Assembly (NCBI GenBank): GCA_017445025.1
Contig: JAFSVJ010000084.1
Location: forward strand, 980-64,979
DNA length: 64,000 nt
DNA from: Abditibacteriota bacterium
Lineage (GTDB): Bacteria; Armatimonadota; UBA5829
Direction of reading: 5' to 3'
Positions 9,452 through 19,244 of this stretch are shown piece by piece (within the stretch, counting starts at the first letter, position 1; each line of letters begins with the position of its first letter). Under the pieces are notes generated by a model. That model searched no databases and was not told the DNA's origin. It was given only the letters and a program-made list of their open reading frames with translations. The position numbers and the translations under genes are program-made.

Positions 9452-10498
9452 TTAATAATCTATTTTAAACAATTCGTTTTTAATAATATCATCGCTTAAA
9501 TGTATATAATAATCCATGGCAACGGATTTTTGCTTATGACCACAGGCAAGGTCTATAATGGCAAAATTAACTTTATCTTGCAAAGCCATAACAAAAGCCC
9601 TTGATAAGAAGGTGTGTCTGCAACTGTGAGTTGAATGGTTCATACCTAATTTTTTTATATATGTATTTATGGCTGAAATTATGGATATACACTTTGCAGA
9701 ATTATAATCCATAAGTTTTGTGCTATCACCATAGTTGTTATTCAATAAATATTTAATAATATGTTTTATTTTTGGATGTATATAAACTTTTCTGATACTG
9801 CTTTCGGTTTTTCCGTCTCTTACAAACATATAATCTTCTTTTAAATGGACGTCTGCTCTTTTCATATTTAGGATTTCACTCACTCTGCAACCTGTATATA
9901 ATAATATTAATAATAATCTTGCATGTCTTTTGGCATATATATCACCCTTATTCAGTAAATCCCAAAGTTTCTCAATCTCTTCATAAGTAAATACACTTTG
10001 TTCTCTCTTCTTGGGGGTCTTTTGTCCTTTGCTTGATAAAAGGGAAACTATATTTTTGTCTATTATTTCATTTTTGAGAGCATATTCAAAAATCGTGTTG
10101 AGCACCATTTTGAACTGTAAAAATGTGGGTTTTGTATAGCCGGACAATTTCTCATTCAGATCCTTATATTTTATTGAATTGATTGGTGTGTTAAAAAGAC
10201 TCTCTAAGGTTTTGGCAGTTTTTCTGTATACAATCAAAGTGTTTTCCGGTATGTTGTTATTGACTTTTTCTTTATATATAATATTATAAATATCTTTAAG
10301 TGTTATATGTTTTTTATTCTTATTTCCCGCAATATAATTGTTTAAATAGTTTTCCGCTTCTGTTTTTGTGGCAAAACTGCCCAATAATTTTCTTTTCCTT
10401 TTATTATTATCTATATAAGAAGGGGTATAAACTAAATAGGGTTTATCTCTTCCGTCTTTAACTTTATAAACAGTCCCTTGATTTTGTCCCCGTTTCAT
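9452..10498 (-). CDS. Tyrosine recombinase/integrase (putative invertase)
   Basis: Catalytic set R (YTGCRVSE), K (DGKT), HxxR (HSCRHT), H (CGH), Y (DYYIH); phage-integrase-like N-terminus. Confidence 0.93.
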   Translation of the reverse strand: MKRGQNQGTVYKVKDGRDKPYLVYTPSYIDNNKRKRKLLGSFATKTEAENYLNNYIAGNKNKKHITLKDIYNIIYKEKVNNNIPENTLIVYRKTAKTLESLFNTPINSIKYKDLNEKLSGYTKPTFLQFKMVLNTIFEYALKNEIIDKNIVSLLSSKGQKTPKKREQSVFTYEEIEKLWDLLNKGDIYAKRHARLLLILLYTGCRVSEILNMKRADVHLKEDYMFVRDGKTESSIRKVYIHPKIKHIIKYLLNNNYGDSTKLMDYNSAKCISIISAINTYIKKLGMNHSTHSCRHTFLSRAFVMALQDKVNFAIIDLACGHKQKSVAMDYYIHLSDDIIKNELFKIDY

Positions 10499-10524
10499 AA
10501 TTTCCTCCCTGTGTTTTTCATAAT

Positions 10525-10553
10525 ATTATAACATAAATATATAATTTTTTCAA
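10525..10553 (-). promoter_or_regulatory. Promoter of the recombinase gene
   Basis: TTGAAA-17 bp-TATAAT with TG extension; GGGAGG RBS at ~10504-10509. Confidence 0.7.
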
Positions 10554-10626
10554 TTTTTAGTTATAGAGGAAAACAGGGTTGTCGTTATGTGGTCAACATT
10601 ATATAATTTTTAAATATAAATTATCA

Positions 10627-10645
10627 TAATAGCCATTATTGCCAT
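10627..10645 (+). repeat. Right inverted recombination site (TAATAGCCATTATTGCCAT)
   Basis: Exact inverted copy of 8987-9005; marks the start of homology to prepilin A. Confidence 0.8.
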
Positions 10646-11372
10646 CCTTGCTGCAATTCTATTCCCGGTTTTCGCCCAAGCAAGAGAAAAAGCAAGAGGA
10701 AGCAACTGTCTATCTAACGTAAAGAATATAACCACCGGTTTAATGCTTTACATGGATGACTGGGATGAAACAACACCAAGATGCTACGGACCTAACTCAG
10801 GTGCTACAGTAGCTACTTTCGGTGCCAAATTAAACGATGGTCGTCCTAACGGTATCGGTTGTTTGTTTGACTATGTTGCAGGTCAAAACGCCTACGCAAA
10901 CTGGTTAGCAAAGGCTAACACTCAAACTGGTAACAACGCCCCCGGTGTTTTCAGATGTATGAGTAACAAAACATACAGTGAAACATGGTGGACATGTGCT
11001 TACTTCTGTGGACCAAGCCCTTACCCCTTCTGGCCCGGTGGAACTGACCACTGGGGAAAAGAAGGAGAATCATTAGCTTCTTATGACAACCCCGGTGAAT
11101 CTGCTGCTATTATCGAATCAGCACAGTTCTTCTACTGGAGAGGAATTGCTAACAAGGGACACAACAAAAAGACTCCTGTTGGTTTCTTAGACGGTCACGT
11201 AAAGATGTACCAAGCTTTGACACCTAAAGAATTATACCGTGACAACAACCAAGGTTACGACTGGGTAATCAGTGCAGGTTTTGGTCCTTCCGACGCTGCC
11301 GGAACCAACAGCTGGGGTCAAACAAGCGAATATTGGAACCCACAAGTATTATACCACTACTACTGGAAATAA
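10629..11372 (+). CDS. Headless (silent) DUF1559 prepilin cassette B
   Basis: Open frame [27 protein letters not shown]...H-NKKTPVGFL-DG..YYWK*; in-frame TAA at 10617-10619; no start codon, RBS or G|FTLIE cleavage motif; otherwise uninterrupted. Confidence 0.9.
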   Translation: MAIIAILAAILFPVFAQAREKARGSNCLSNVKNITTGLMLYMDDWDETTPRCYGPNSGATVATFGAKLNDGRPNGIGCLFDYVAGQNAYANWLAKANTQTGNNAPGVFRCMSNKTYSETWWTCAYFCGPSPYPFWPGGTDHWGKEGESLASYDNPGESAAIIESAQFFYWRGIANKGHNKKTPVGFLDGHVKMYQALTPKELYRDNNQGYDWVISAGFGPSDAAGTNSWGQTSEYWNPQVLYHYYWK

Positions 11373-11491
11373 TATATAGTAAGAAAGGGGTTTAACAACT
11401 CCTTTCGTTCTTAATGATAATGTAATAAAAAATAGTTTTATGTTTTCATAAGACTATTTTTTATATAAAATCAAAGATAAAGGTGAAAAAA

Positions 11492-11722
11492 ATGAAGAAG
11501 AATTTACCATTACCTGTAGTTATAGGTGTTATAGTGGTTGTTCTCGTAATTGTAGGCGTAATATACGCTGTTGCAATTCGACCTAAAGACGCTGTCACTG
11601 ACGCAAACGGTTTACCCATAGGTGAAGTTCATCCGGCACCTGCAGGTTGGTCAATCGACGGTGGTGCTCCCGGACAACCCGGACCTCAAGGCCCCGGCGT
11701 TCCCCAAGGTGGCGCTCAATAA
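11492..11722 (+). CDS. Small single-TM Pro-rich partner of prepilin cassette B (WSIDG motif, paralog 4)
   Basis: AAGGTG RBS; MKKNLPLPVVIGVI.. TM helix; PAGWSIDGG. Confidence 0.8.
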   Translation: MKKNLPLPVVIGVIVVVLVIVGVIYAVAIRPKDAVTDANGLPIGEVHPAPAGWSIDGGAPGQPGPQGPGVPQGGAQ

Positions 11723-11735
11723 TAAAAGTTATTAA

Positions 11736-11761
11736 AAACTCCCAATTTGGGAGTTTTTTTT
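11736..11761 (+). terminator. Intrinsic terminator after cassette B
   Basis: AAAACTCCC-AATTT-GGGAGTTTTTTTT. Confidence 0.8.
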
Positions 11762-11855
11762 GTATCTGTCAGTTAATTTGCAACTGTCACCCCCTAAGTA
11801 GTAGGGGTGGCAAAATGAAAAATAAACGATAAGCTTTAGGCTTTTCCTATCTATA

Positions 11856-11915
11856 CCCCTCCTTCCCATTCCCAAAAAGTTTTCGCAGATGCTTCAACTT
11901 TTCGGGAGCCCTTGG
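11856..11915. repeat. 60-bp repeat module, inverted copy of 7858-7917
   Basis: Base-by-base reverse-complement identity. Confidence 0.9.
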
Positions 11916-12423
11916 GTCGTTTCGCTATTCGCTCAACTTTTTGGGAATGGGTCCTTAAAAGAAAATTTGCGGTTGCAAATTCAGTTCAAAGAGGGTGAGA
12001 CTAATAACTTGGTTGTTGGCTTAGGTTATTAGGCTTCTATCGTAAAATTTGCAGTTTTGCAAATTTTACTCCTGACCACCCACCACAATCCACATCCCGA
12101 AAAGTGGAGTTTACGACACTTTTTGGGATGAGAAAGAGGGTGAATCTAACAACTGAGGCTTTTTTCCGCAACAGAGCCTTTATCTCGCAAAACGAGGGAA
12201 TGCAAAAGGGGAGATATCACCCCCCCTTACGTAGTAGGGGAAGGTATTTTTTTCTGTTTAGGGGGGCATGTTTTTCTTACTATCTATAAGTTGAAAAAAA
12301 TAGCCAAAAATGGTATAATATTTATGTGTATATGTAACTAATTTTATGTTTAATAATTAGTTTAAGTTTAGATTATCAGTTTAAATACTACATTCTTTAT
12401 TTTAATATATAATAGGTGTTAAT

Positions 12424-13533
12424 TTGATTTTTGCCATTTTGGATAAGGAGAAAAGCAGTCAGGAATTTGCAAGAAAAGAACTGGCTGAGTTGATTATCAG
12501 TAAGGGTCATAGTGTTTTTGTGGGAGGAGTTAAAGACTCCATTATCAATAAATATTACAAGGATCACAACATTACTTTTTTTAATCTTTCCGTCACCAGA
12601 AACAGTCTTAATCCCTTTAAAGAATTGGCTTCCGTTCTCACGGTTTATAAACAAATTAAAAAACACTCCGTGGAAAATGTCATTATATACGGTATCAAAA
12701 AACATTTCAGCTTTACCTTAGGCTCTCTCTTTGGAGGAGCAAAAAATATAATTTGTATTATAAACGGTAGCGGAAACCTTTTAATGATGGGGGGTATAAA
12801 AGGCAAAATCCTGCGAGCCTTAGCCTTTCCCTGTCTCCGTTATGCCTACAAAAGATGCCTTGCAGTCTGTTTTCAGAATAATGATGACTATATAGAATTT
12901 CAAAAGAAAAAATTAATTAATGACAAAACTAATGCTTTTGTCACCAATGGGTCCGGAGTTAATTTGTCCGCATTCCCCTTCTCCCCCATGCCACAAGAAA
13001 ATCGGTTCCTTTTTTTATCTCGCATTACTCCCTCAAAGGGTATCAGAGAATTTCTTTCCGCAGCTCGAAAAGTCAAAGAAAAATATCCCGACTGTATTTT
13101 TGACGTGGTAGGGCAAATTGACAATGTGGTTGAAAAGAACTGCACAGACCTTGTCCAAAACGCCATAGAAGAAAATCTTATAAACTATTACGGATATAAA
13201 AACAATGTTGCGGAATGTATTGAAAAAGCAAGGTTTTTTGTCCTTCCCTCTTATTACAGAGAAGGGGTCCCCCGCTGTATATTAGAGGCGCTGTCTTGCG
13301 GACGTCCCATTATCACCACAAATTGGCAAGGTTGCAAAGAAACTGTTATGTCAAATGAAAACGGTTTTTTGGTCCCTATAAAAAATTGTGAAGCCATAGC
13401 CGAAAAAATGATTTGGCTTATTGAACATCCAAAAGAAGCAGAAATTATGGGGCAAAAGTCCCGCAAATTAGCGGAAACGAAATTTGATGTAAACAAGATA
13501 AACGAAACACTGATAGGAAAGTTTGAGGAATAA
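12424..13533 (+). CDS. Glycosyltransferase family 4 (CapM-like)
   Basis: NGSGVNL, SRI..KGIREF, VLPSYYREGVPRCILEALSCGRPIITT. Confidence 0.9.
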   Translation: MIFAILDKEKSSQEFARKELAELIISKGHSVFVGGVKDSIINKYYKDHNITFFNLSVTRNSLNPFKELASVLTVYKQIKKHSVENVIIYGIKKHFSFTLGSLFGGAKNIICIINGSGNLLMMGGIKGKILRALAFPCLRYAYKRCLAVCFQNNDDYIEFQKKKLINDKTNAFVTNGSGVNLSAFPFSPMPQENRFLFLSRITPSKGIREFLSAARKVKEKYPDCIFDVVGQIDNVVEKNCTDLVQNAIEENLINYYGYKNNVAECIEKARFFVLPSYYREGVPRCILEALSCGRPIITTNWQGCKETVMSNENGFLVPIKNCEAIAEKMIWLIEHPKEAEIMGQKSRKLAETKFDVNKINETLIGKFEE

Positions 13534-13712
13534 AGGATAAGCTTTCGTATCAACAGAGCATTTATCTCGCAAAGCGAGGGAATGCAAAAGGGAGATGGGC
13601 TTTTTTGCCTCAATTCAACCTTTATCTCGCACCGGAGTGAATGCTCTTATACTTAGTTGTTGGATTAGATTGTTTAAAAAACTTAAAATATTATATATAA
13701 AGTGAAATAGTA

Positions 13713-14873
13713 ATGAGAATTGTTTTTTTATGTGTAGATGTGCCATGGATGTTTTCTAAAGCCAGTCAATGGCGACATCATCAAATTATAGAGGCTTTAA
13801 AAGAAAATCATACAGTAAAAGTTATTGCCTTAAGCCCTAAAAATATAGAGGAATATAAAAAAAAATATAAAACAGATGCGGAATACATTGAATGTTATAT
13901 GCCTAGGGTAAAAAAGATAGATTATTTCCGCAAATCCCTAATATTGCCCCATTTCCCCAAACCTATCAAGTCCGGCTCACTTGAAGAAGCTATCCGAGAA
14001 TTTGCTCCGGATGTGATTTTCTATACCTCAATAGGATTTTTCCCCTATGTCAGAAATCTAAATGTTAAAAAAGTTTTCTCCGTCAACAAAGTTCTCTATA
14101 TGTATTACCAGAGATTGGCACTTATAGAAAATTGGTTCAACGGTTTTTTCCTCAAAAAAAGATGTTATTCCATAGGTGCTTGGGAACGACGGGCCTTTAT
14201 GGAATCGGATATGATACTCTTTTCCGTAATCAATGATATGGCAAACGTTAACTCCAACATGCAACTTCTAACTCCCAGCTATTATCTCCCCGCCTACATA
14301 GACAAGGTGGACTTTGGTCCTCTTTGTGAAAAGAAAAATATCATTATCTACGGAAATTACAACTCCATTGCGGGAAAAATAATGATAAAAGATTTTCTCG
14401 ACAACATTCACCCCGCCATAAAGAAAAAATACCCGGACTACAAAGCTTACGTGGTGGGTTTAGGCTCTGAGAAGCTTACCACAGATGAAAATATTGAAGT
14501 TTCTACTCTCTTAACGGAAGAGATACTAAAAGATGCCCGTGCTTTACTGTTGCCTTACAGAGTTCGAACAGACATGCAATTTCCCGCCATAAAAGCCATG
14601 AGTTATGGTGTTCCTATTATAGGTTTTGATAAAACTATGGATTTCTTTGCTGTTCGAAAAAAAGACGAATATTGCATTTCCGCCAAAAACCGAAACGAGC
14701 TTATAACTAAACTCCTAAAAGCCTTTGAATCCGACCCACCCCTTGAAAAAGTCAGAGAAAATGCCTTTAATTATGTAAAAGAACACTATACCAAGGAACT
14801 CTTTAAAAAGACCTTAGCTGACAGTTTAGACAAATTACAGGATAAAGTCACCTATATCAAAAGAAAATCATGA
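13713..14873 (+). CDS. Divergent GT-B (family 4-like) glycosyltransferase
   Basis: C-terminal LLLP......PAIKAMSYGVPII; size and context fit. Confidence 0.65.
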   Translation: MRIVFLCVDVPWMFSKASQWRHHQIIEALKENHTVKVIALSPKNIEEYKKKYKTDAEYIECYMPRVKKIDYFRKSLILPHFPKPIKSGSLEEAIREFAPDVIFYTSIGFFPYVRNLNVKKVFSVNKVLYMYYQRLALIENWFNGFFLKKRCYSIGAWERRAFMESDMILFSVINDMANVNSNMQLLTPSYYLPAYIDKVDFGPLCEKKNIIIYGNYNSIAGKIMIKDFLDNIHPAIKKKYPDYKAYVVGLGSEKLTTDENIEVSTLLTEEILKDARALLLPYRVRTDMQFPAIKAMSYGVPIIGFDKTMDFFAVRKKDEYCISAKNRNELITKLLKAFESDPPLEKVRENAFNYVKEHYTKELFKKTLADSLDKLQDKVTYIKRKS

Positions 14874-15772
14874 AACGATTTATTCTTTTACTTCTCTTTC
14901 TGTTTTTGTCCTTAAACATTTACGGAAAGGATGCAGAGCTCTGCGTTCTTGATGTGGGGCAAGGTCTCTGTTGTATAGTGACAAGTCCGGATAATCACAC
15001 TATGATTTTTGATTGTGGGACCTCAAGCAATCAAAGATGGAAGGACAATATGGCAGTTTTTCAGGATTCCTTATTGCCCTATTTGAAGAAAAAAAACATA
15101 AAAAATATAGATTATGTCATTCTTTCCCACCCGGATTTTGACCACTACTGCGGACTGGTGGGACTTTTGCACAAATATACGGTTGGGAAATATATAGAAA
15201 ACGGGGATTTCTCAACCACCATAGTTTACAAAGAATTACTAAAAGAAATTAAGAAAAAAAGTAATAAAAAAAAGGGGTTTGTCATCAAAGCCCAAGCAGG
15301 CTATTGGTATAACTTAGGCTCGGACATAAAATTTACCGTTCTTTCTCCCCCTTATAAATTTCCAAAAAGTAATGACAACGACATTTCCTTGGCTGTTCGT
15401 GTAGTATACAAAGACACATCCTTTGTTTTGACGGGAGACGCCACCCAAACAGCGGAAAGTGGAATGATCCGTCGTTTCGGAAGGAGCTTGAAAAGTTCTG
15501 TTTTGGTGGTGGGACACCACGGTTCTCGCACTTCCACATCAAGGGAGTTTTTGAAAATCTTAAAACCCAAAATTGCAATAATCTCTTGCGGAAAGAACAA
15601 TCAATACGGACACCCTCACAGAGAAGTTCTCTCAAATCTCAAAAGAGAAAAAGTCAAGATTTACAGAACGGACACAGAGGGTGGAGTGTTATGCACAAGT
15701 GACGGAAAGAGTATTAAAGTAAAGACAGGCATTAATCATTATAAAGTCAGAAGCAAAAGGAAGAAAAAGTGA
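14870..15772 (+). CDS. ComEC/Rec2-like metallo-beta-lactamase-fold hydrolase with signal peptide
   Basis: LDVGQG, DCG, SHPDFDHYCG, LTGD, GHHGSRTS, NQYGHPH. Confidence 0.88.
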   Translation: MKRFILLLLFLFLSLNIYGKDAELCVLDVGQGLCCIVTSPDNHTMIFDCGTSSNQRWKDNMAVFQDSLLPYLKKKNIKNIDYVILSHPDFDHYCGLVGLLHKYTVGKYIENGDFSTTIVYKELLKEIKKKSNKKKGFVIKAQAGYWYNLGSDIKFTVLSPPYKFPKSNDNDISLAVRVVYKDTSFVLTGDATQTAESGMIRRFGRSLKSSVLVVGHHGSRTSTSREFLKILKPKIAIISCGKNNQYGHPHREVLSNLKREKVKIYRTDTEGGVLCTSDGKSIKVKTGINHYKVRSKRKKK

Positions 15773-16704
15773 AATATTTTTGGTTCATATTGATTTTTCT
15801 CATTATATGGATAGTGGGATTCTGTGAACTTGTCACATTTTACCCACTTTATTTGCCTCTGATTATTGTGGTTATGCTGGGGATTTTGGCTTATACTTTT
15901 ATAATTGTAATTTTCTCCGCAATGATGAAAACCAAGGGAGTGGCTGATTATAAAATAACCAAAAAACTCTTTGAAAAAGGGGACAAACTGTCAAAGAGAA
16001 AGTATAGAGAACTGGTCAAGAGATTTCTCTATTCTCGAGGCTATGACAGACTAAAAATAGCCAAAAAAAACCCTTACGGCGTCCGTTGGTATGACAAAGA
16101 AGATATTATAATTTTAATTAAAGACAAGGAAAAAGCAGACCCGGATGTGGTGACACGAGCAGAAGAAGGAGCCATAGCTTTCGGCACCCCTCGAGCCATA
16201 ATTATAAGCCACAAAGGTTTTACCAATGAGGCTGTGACTGAAGCACAAGGAAAAAATATATTTCTTTGGGACACAAAAAGAATTATAGAAATGCTTGCTC
16301 GAGATATTAAAGAGGATGAAGAAAGACGGAAAACCAAGAGAATAAAACCCGATAAGGCAGAAAAAACTCACATTGAAGCTTTGGACTCTTGCTCAGGAGA
16401 AGAATTTAAGGAACTTTTGTGTAAAATCATGGAATCCAAGTATGAATTTAAGGGCAAGGAAGAAGAATATTTTAAATTTGTAATTGACGATAAAGTATAT
16501 ATGGTATATCCTTTAAAAGCTCCCGAAGGGGAGAGATTAAAAGAAAAAGATGTAGAAAGTATTTTTTGCAATATTTACGAAAAGGGATATTCCAACGCCA
16601 TGGTTGTGACCAACGGATATTATAACCAAAATATAGAAGATATGTCAAGAAAATTACAAATAGATGTGTGGAGTAGGGATAACATTATTTATTTGTTAAA
16701 ATAA
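15769..16704 (+). CDS. Membrane-anchored protein with two Mrr-like restriction-endonuclease-fold domains
   Basis: Two N-terminal TM helices; AIIIS..GFT.EA...A....I.LWD and SGEEF..L..AMVVTNGYY.....VWSR patterns. Confidence 0.6.
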   Translation: MKYFWFILIFLIIWIVGFCELVTFYPLYLPLIIVVMLGILAYTFIIVIFSAMMKTKGVADYKITKKLFEKGDKLSKRKYRELVKRFLYSRGYDRLKIAKKNPYGVRWYDKEDIIILIKDKEKADPDVVTRAEEGAIAFGTPRAIIISHKGFTNEAVTEAQGKNIFLWDTKRIIEMLARDIKEDEERRKTKRIKPDKAEKTHIEALDSCSGEEFKELLCKIMESKYEFKGKEEEYFKFVIDDKVYMVYPLKAPEGERLKEKDVESIFCNIYEKGYSNAMVVTNGYYNQNIEDMSRKLQIDVWSRDNIIYLLK

Positions 16705-16878
16705 GGAATTTTAATGAATAATGCATAATTTACTCAGGGGTCCCCAAAAATTGAGTTTGACGAAATTTTTAGGGGTTTGAGTGATGAATGCAGAATATTT
16801 TACCGACTACTAAATTTACCTTTACAAAATTTGTTAATACAGAAATAATCCCGATTTACCTATTTACAGTTTTTTATC

Positions 16879-18147
16879 ATGAAAAAAATAAATAAGATAA
16901 AATTTAAAAAATTACATAAAATTAAAATGAGAATACCCACCATCAACAAGTTAGAGCTTGGTGTGGATACTCTCCTTTTTTCTCTTTACCTTGCCATAAC
17001 TCCCATTAATCAAATCCTTAAATATGGGGGAGGCTCTCTCTCTAAATATATCTGCCTTCTCATTATGATTTTTTTGCTTGTGGGTGAATATGTCATCAAC
17101 AAAAGCATCCATTTCAGAAACAATCTCATAAAGGCTGTTTTGCTTGTCATGGGTTGGTTTTGTCTCACTGTATTTTGGACTTATGACTTTGCCGAAACCC
17201 TGACCAACCTTGTGACAGCCGCCAACTATTTTATATTTTTCATCCTAATCTGTTCACACCATTGGACCGACACTCAAAAGAAAATCTTCGTTCACGTCTT
17301 TATTGTGGCGTGTCTTATATACAGTTTTATCCTATTCGGAGCCATGACCGTTATGACTCGTGCCTCCATCAGAACGGAAGAGTTTAAAGCAGACCAAAAC
17401 TACCTTGCCATGAATGTGTCTATGGGAGCTCTCTTCGCCACTTACTACATGATTATCTCCAAAGACAGGCAAAGCTTTTTTGTATATCTCTGTATTACTG
17501 CAATTCTCCTTGCGGGTATATTAAGCACAGGTTCTCGTGGCGGATTGGGGGTATTCTTAATTTCTGCCATATTTCTGGCTGCTCATTTGCTGGATAACAA
17601 ACTATACAGAAAAAGAATAGGTATTATTACAGTGGTTTTCCTTATCTGTTTTGTGGGAATGCTCTTTTCGGGACTGGTCAACGAAAGAGTGACCCAGAGA
17701 TATATAGGAAAGGAATTCAACCTTAACGAAAGAGGGGAGATAGCTGTCAAATATATTGATATTATGGCCTCTAAACCCTACAGCTTCTTCGTAGGTTTTG
17801 GCTATGGAAGTGAAAGAAAAGCTTACGGAGATTATTATAATACATCTTTTTTGAGGGCAACCCATAACGATACAATCAGACTTATAGCCGGCTCCGGTAT
17901 TATAGGATTTTTTCTCTTTGTGGGTCTTTTATATGTGGTTTGGGACAAAGCCTATATTAAACGAAGAGATTTCCTGGGAGCGGCTTGTTTCATTTTAGTA
18001 GTTCTCGGAACCTTTGACATAAATATCATTGAAAGATATATCTTTTGGAACGGACTTATTTTTGCATATATAGGAATAGGAGCAAACACTCTCCCCATAA
18101 AAAGAAAAAAAACAACCCTTAGTTTAGAAGACGGATTGGAAAAATAA
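16879..18147 (+). CDS. O-antigen ligase/Wzy_C family membrane protein
   Basis: Multi-TM; DQNYLA, STGSRGG, GFGYG, THND motifs. Confidence 0.85.
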   Translation: MKKINKIKFKKLHKIKMRIPTINKLELGVDTLLFSLYLAITPINQILKYGGGSLSKYICLLIMIFLLVGEYVINKSIHFRNNLIKAVLLVMGWFCLTVFWTYDFAETLTNLVTAANYFIFFILICSHHWTDTQKKIFVHVFIVACLIYSFILFGAMTVMTRASIRTEEFKADQNYLAMNVSMGALFATYYMIISKDRQSFFVYLCITAILLAGILSTGSRGGLGVFLISAIFLAAHLLDNKLYRKRIGIITVVFLICFVGMLFSGLVNERVTQRYIGKEFNLNERGEIAVKYIDIMASKPYSFFVGFGYGSERKAYGDYYNTSFLRATHNDTIRLIAGSGIIGFFLFVGLLYVVWDKAYIKRRDFLGAACFILVVLGTFDINIIERYIFWNGLIFAYIGIGANTLPIKRKKTTLSLEDGLEK

Positions 18148-19244
18148 TGAAAATTTTGTTTGTGGTAAATTCCATGGATGTGGGAGGAGTTCAGTCCGGA
18201 ATTATGGCTTTTGGAGAAATTGTCCCTCCCGACATACACATAGATGTGCTTAACTTAACAGAAAAAATAGGATTCCATGAAGAAGCCTTTGCCAAATACG
18301 GAAAAGTTTTTCATATTAAAACTTTGCAAGGAGAAAACAAATATTCCAAAACCTTTTCTCTGTTCTTTAACAATCTTATAATTGAAAAAAACTTTGATCG
18401 GTTTTTAAAATATCATGAGTATGATGTGATTCACTCAAAGAGTATGGCTTATTCTGCCACAATTATGAAAGTTGCCAAAAAACATAATATTCCTGTGAGA
18501 GTGGCACAAGCCCATGTAGACAAGCCGGAGCATTTAAGTCCTATCCACAAATTTTATTATAAAAATTGTTCAAAAACAATAGAAAATAATGCTACTCACA
18601 AACTGGCAGTTTCAGAAAAAGCGGCAGACCTGATGTTCGGAGAGTTTGGGGGGAGGGTTATTAAAAACCCTACCGTCAGTTTAAAAAAATTTGATCATAA
18701 CAAGTATAACCCCGCTCCACACACAAGCATAAATCTCATTCAGGTAGGCACCTATTCCAAGAGAAAAAATCAATGCTTTTCCGTAGAAATCTTAAAAGAG
18801 CTTACAGATATGGGAGAGGATGTCCGTTTAATCTTTGTGGGATATACTTTTGACGATTTGACCTATTTTGAAAAAGTTCAAAAAACTGTTAAAGATTTAA
18901 ATCTTTCGGAAAAAGTTGTGTTTTTACCTAAAGACACAGATATGCCACAAGCTTTGGCAGACAGTGATTATATGCTTCTGCCCTCACTGCGAGAAGGATT
19001 GCCCAATGTGGCTCTCGAAGCCCAAGCTATGGGCGTGCCGGTTTTCCTGACAGATACTATTTTTAGAAATACAAACTGTGGGCTGTGTGTGTTTTTGCCT
19101 CTTAATAAAGGACCAAAATATTGGGCTTATGAGATTTTAAAATACAGACAAGAAAAAGGAAATGAAAAAACTTATCCCAATATGGCAGATTGGGATAACG
19201 AGTTTGTGGTAAAAGAATATATAAAAATTTGGGAAAACAGTTAA
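18147..19244 (+). CDS. Glycosyltransferase family 4 (EpsF-like)
   Basis: GGVQS, KNQ.F, LPSLREGLPNVALEAQAMGVP. Confidence 0.9.
   Translation: MKILFVVNSMDVGGVQSGIMAFGEIVPPDIHIDVLNLTEKIGFHEEAFAKYGKVFHIKTLQGENKYSKTFSLFFNNLIIEKNFDRFLKYHEYDVIHSKSMAYSATIMKVAKKHNIPVRVAQAHVDKPEHLSPIHKFYYKNCSKTIENNATHKLAVSEKAADLMFGEFGGRVIKNPTVSLKKFDHNKYNPAPHTSINLIQVGTYSKRKNQCFSVEILKELTDMGEDVRLIFVGYTFDDLTYFEKVQKTVKDLNLSEKVVFLPKDTDMPQALADSDYMLLPSLREGLPNVALEAQAMGVPVFLTDTIFRNTNCGLCVFLPLNKGPKYWAYEILKYRQEKGNEKTYPNMADWDNEFVVKEYIKIWENS

Larger units (their letters stand above)
9005..10627. mobile_element. Putative invertible segment (promoters + prepilin N-terminus + tyrosine recombinase)
   Basis: Bounded by inverted 19-bp identity; homology between the two prepilin copies starts exactly at these sites. 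Confidence 0.78.

Noticed and set aside
9452-10498. Prophage or ICE integrase
   Set aside because: No phage, conjugation or replication genes nearby; flanking identities are inverted rather than direct att sites. An origin from such an element is not excluded.
8230-11372. Diversity-generating retroelement (prepilin A/B as VR/TR)
   Set aside because: No reverse transcriptase in the window; differences involve all bases and indels and are not adenine-specific; the copies are full-length inverted paralogs.
10743-11372. Independent 209-aa gene starting at ATG 10743
   Set aside because: No RBS; homology to prepilin A extends 38 codons further upstream, and the Met aligns with an internal Leu of A.
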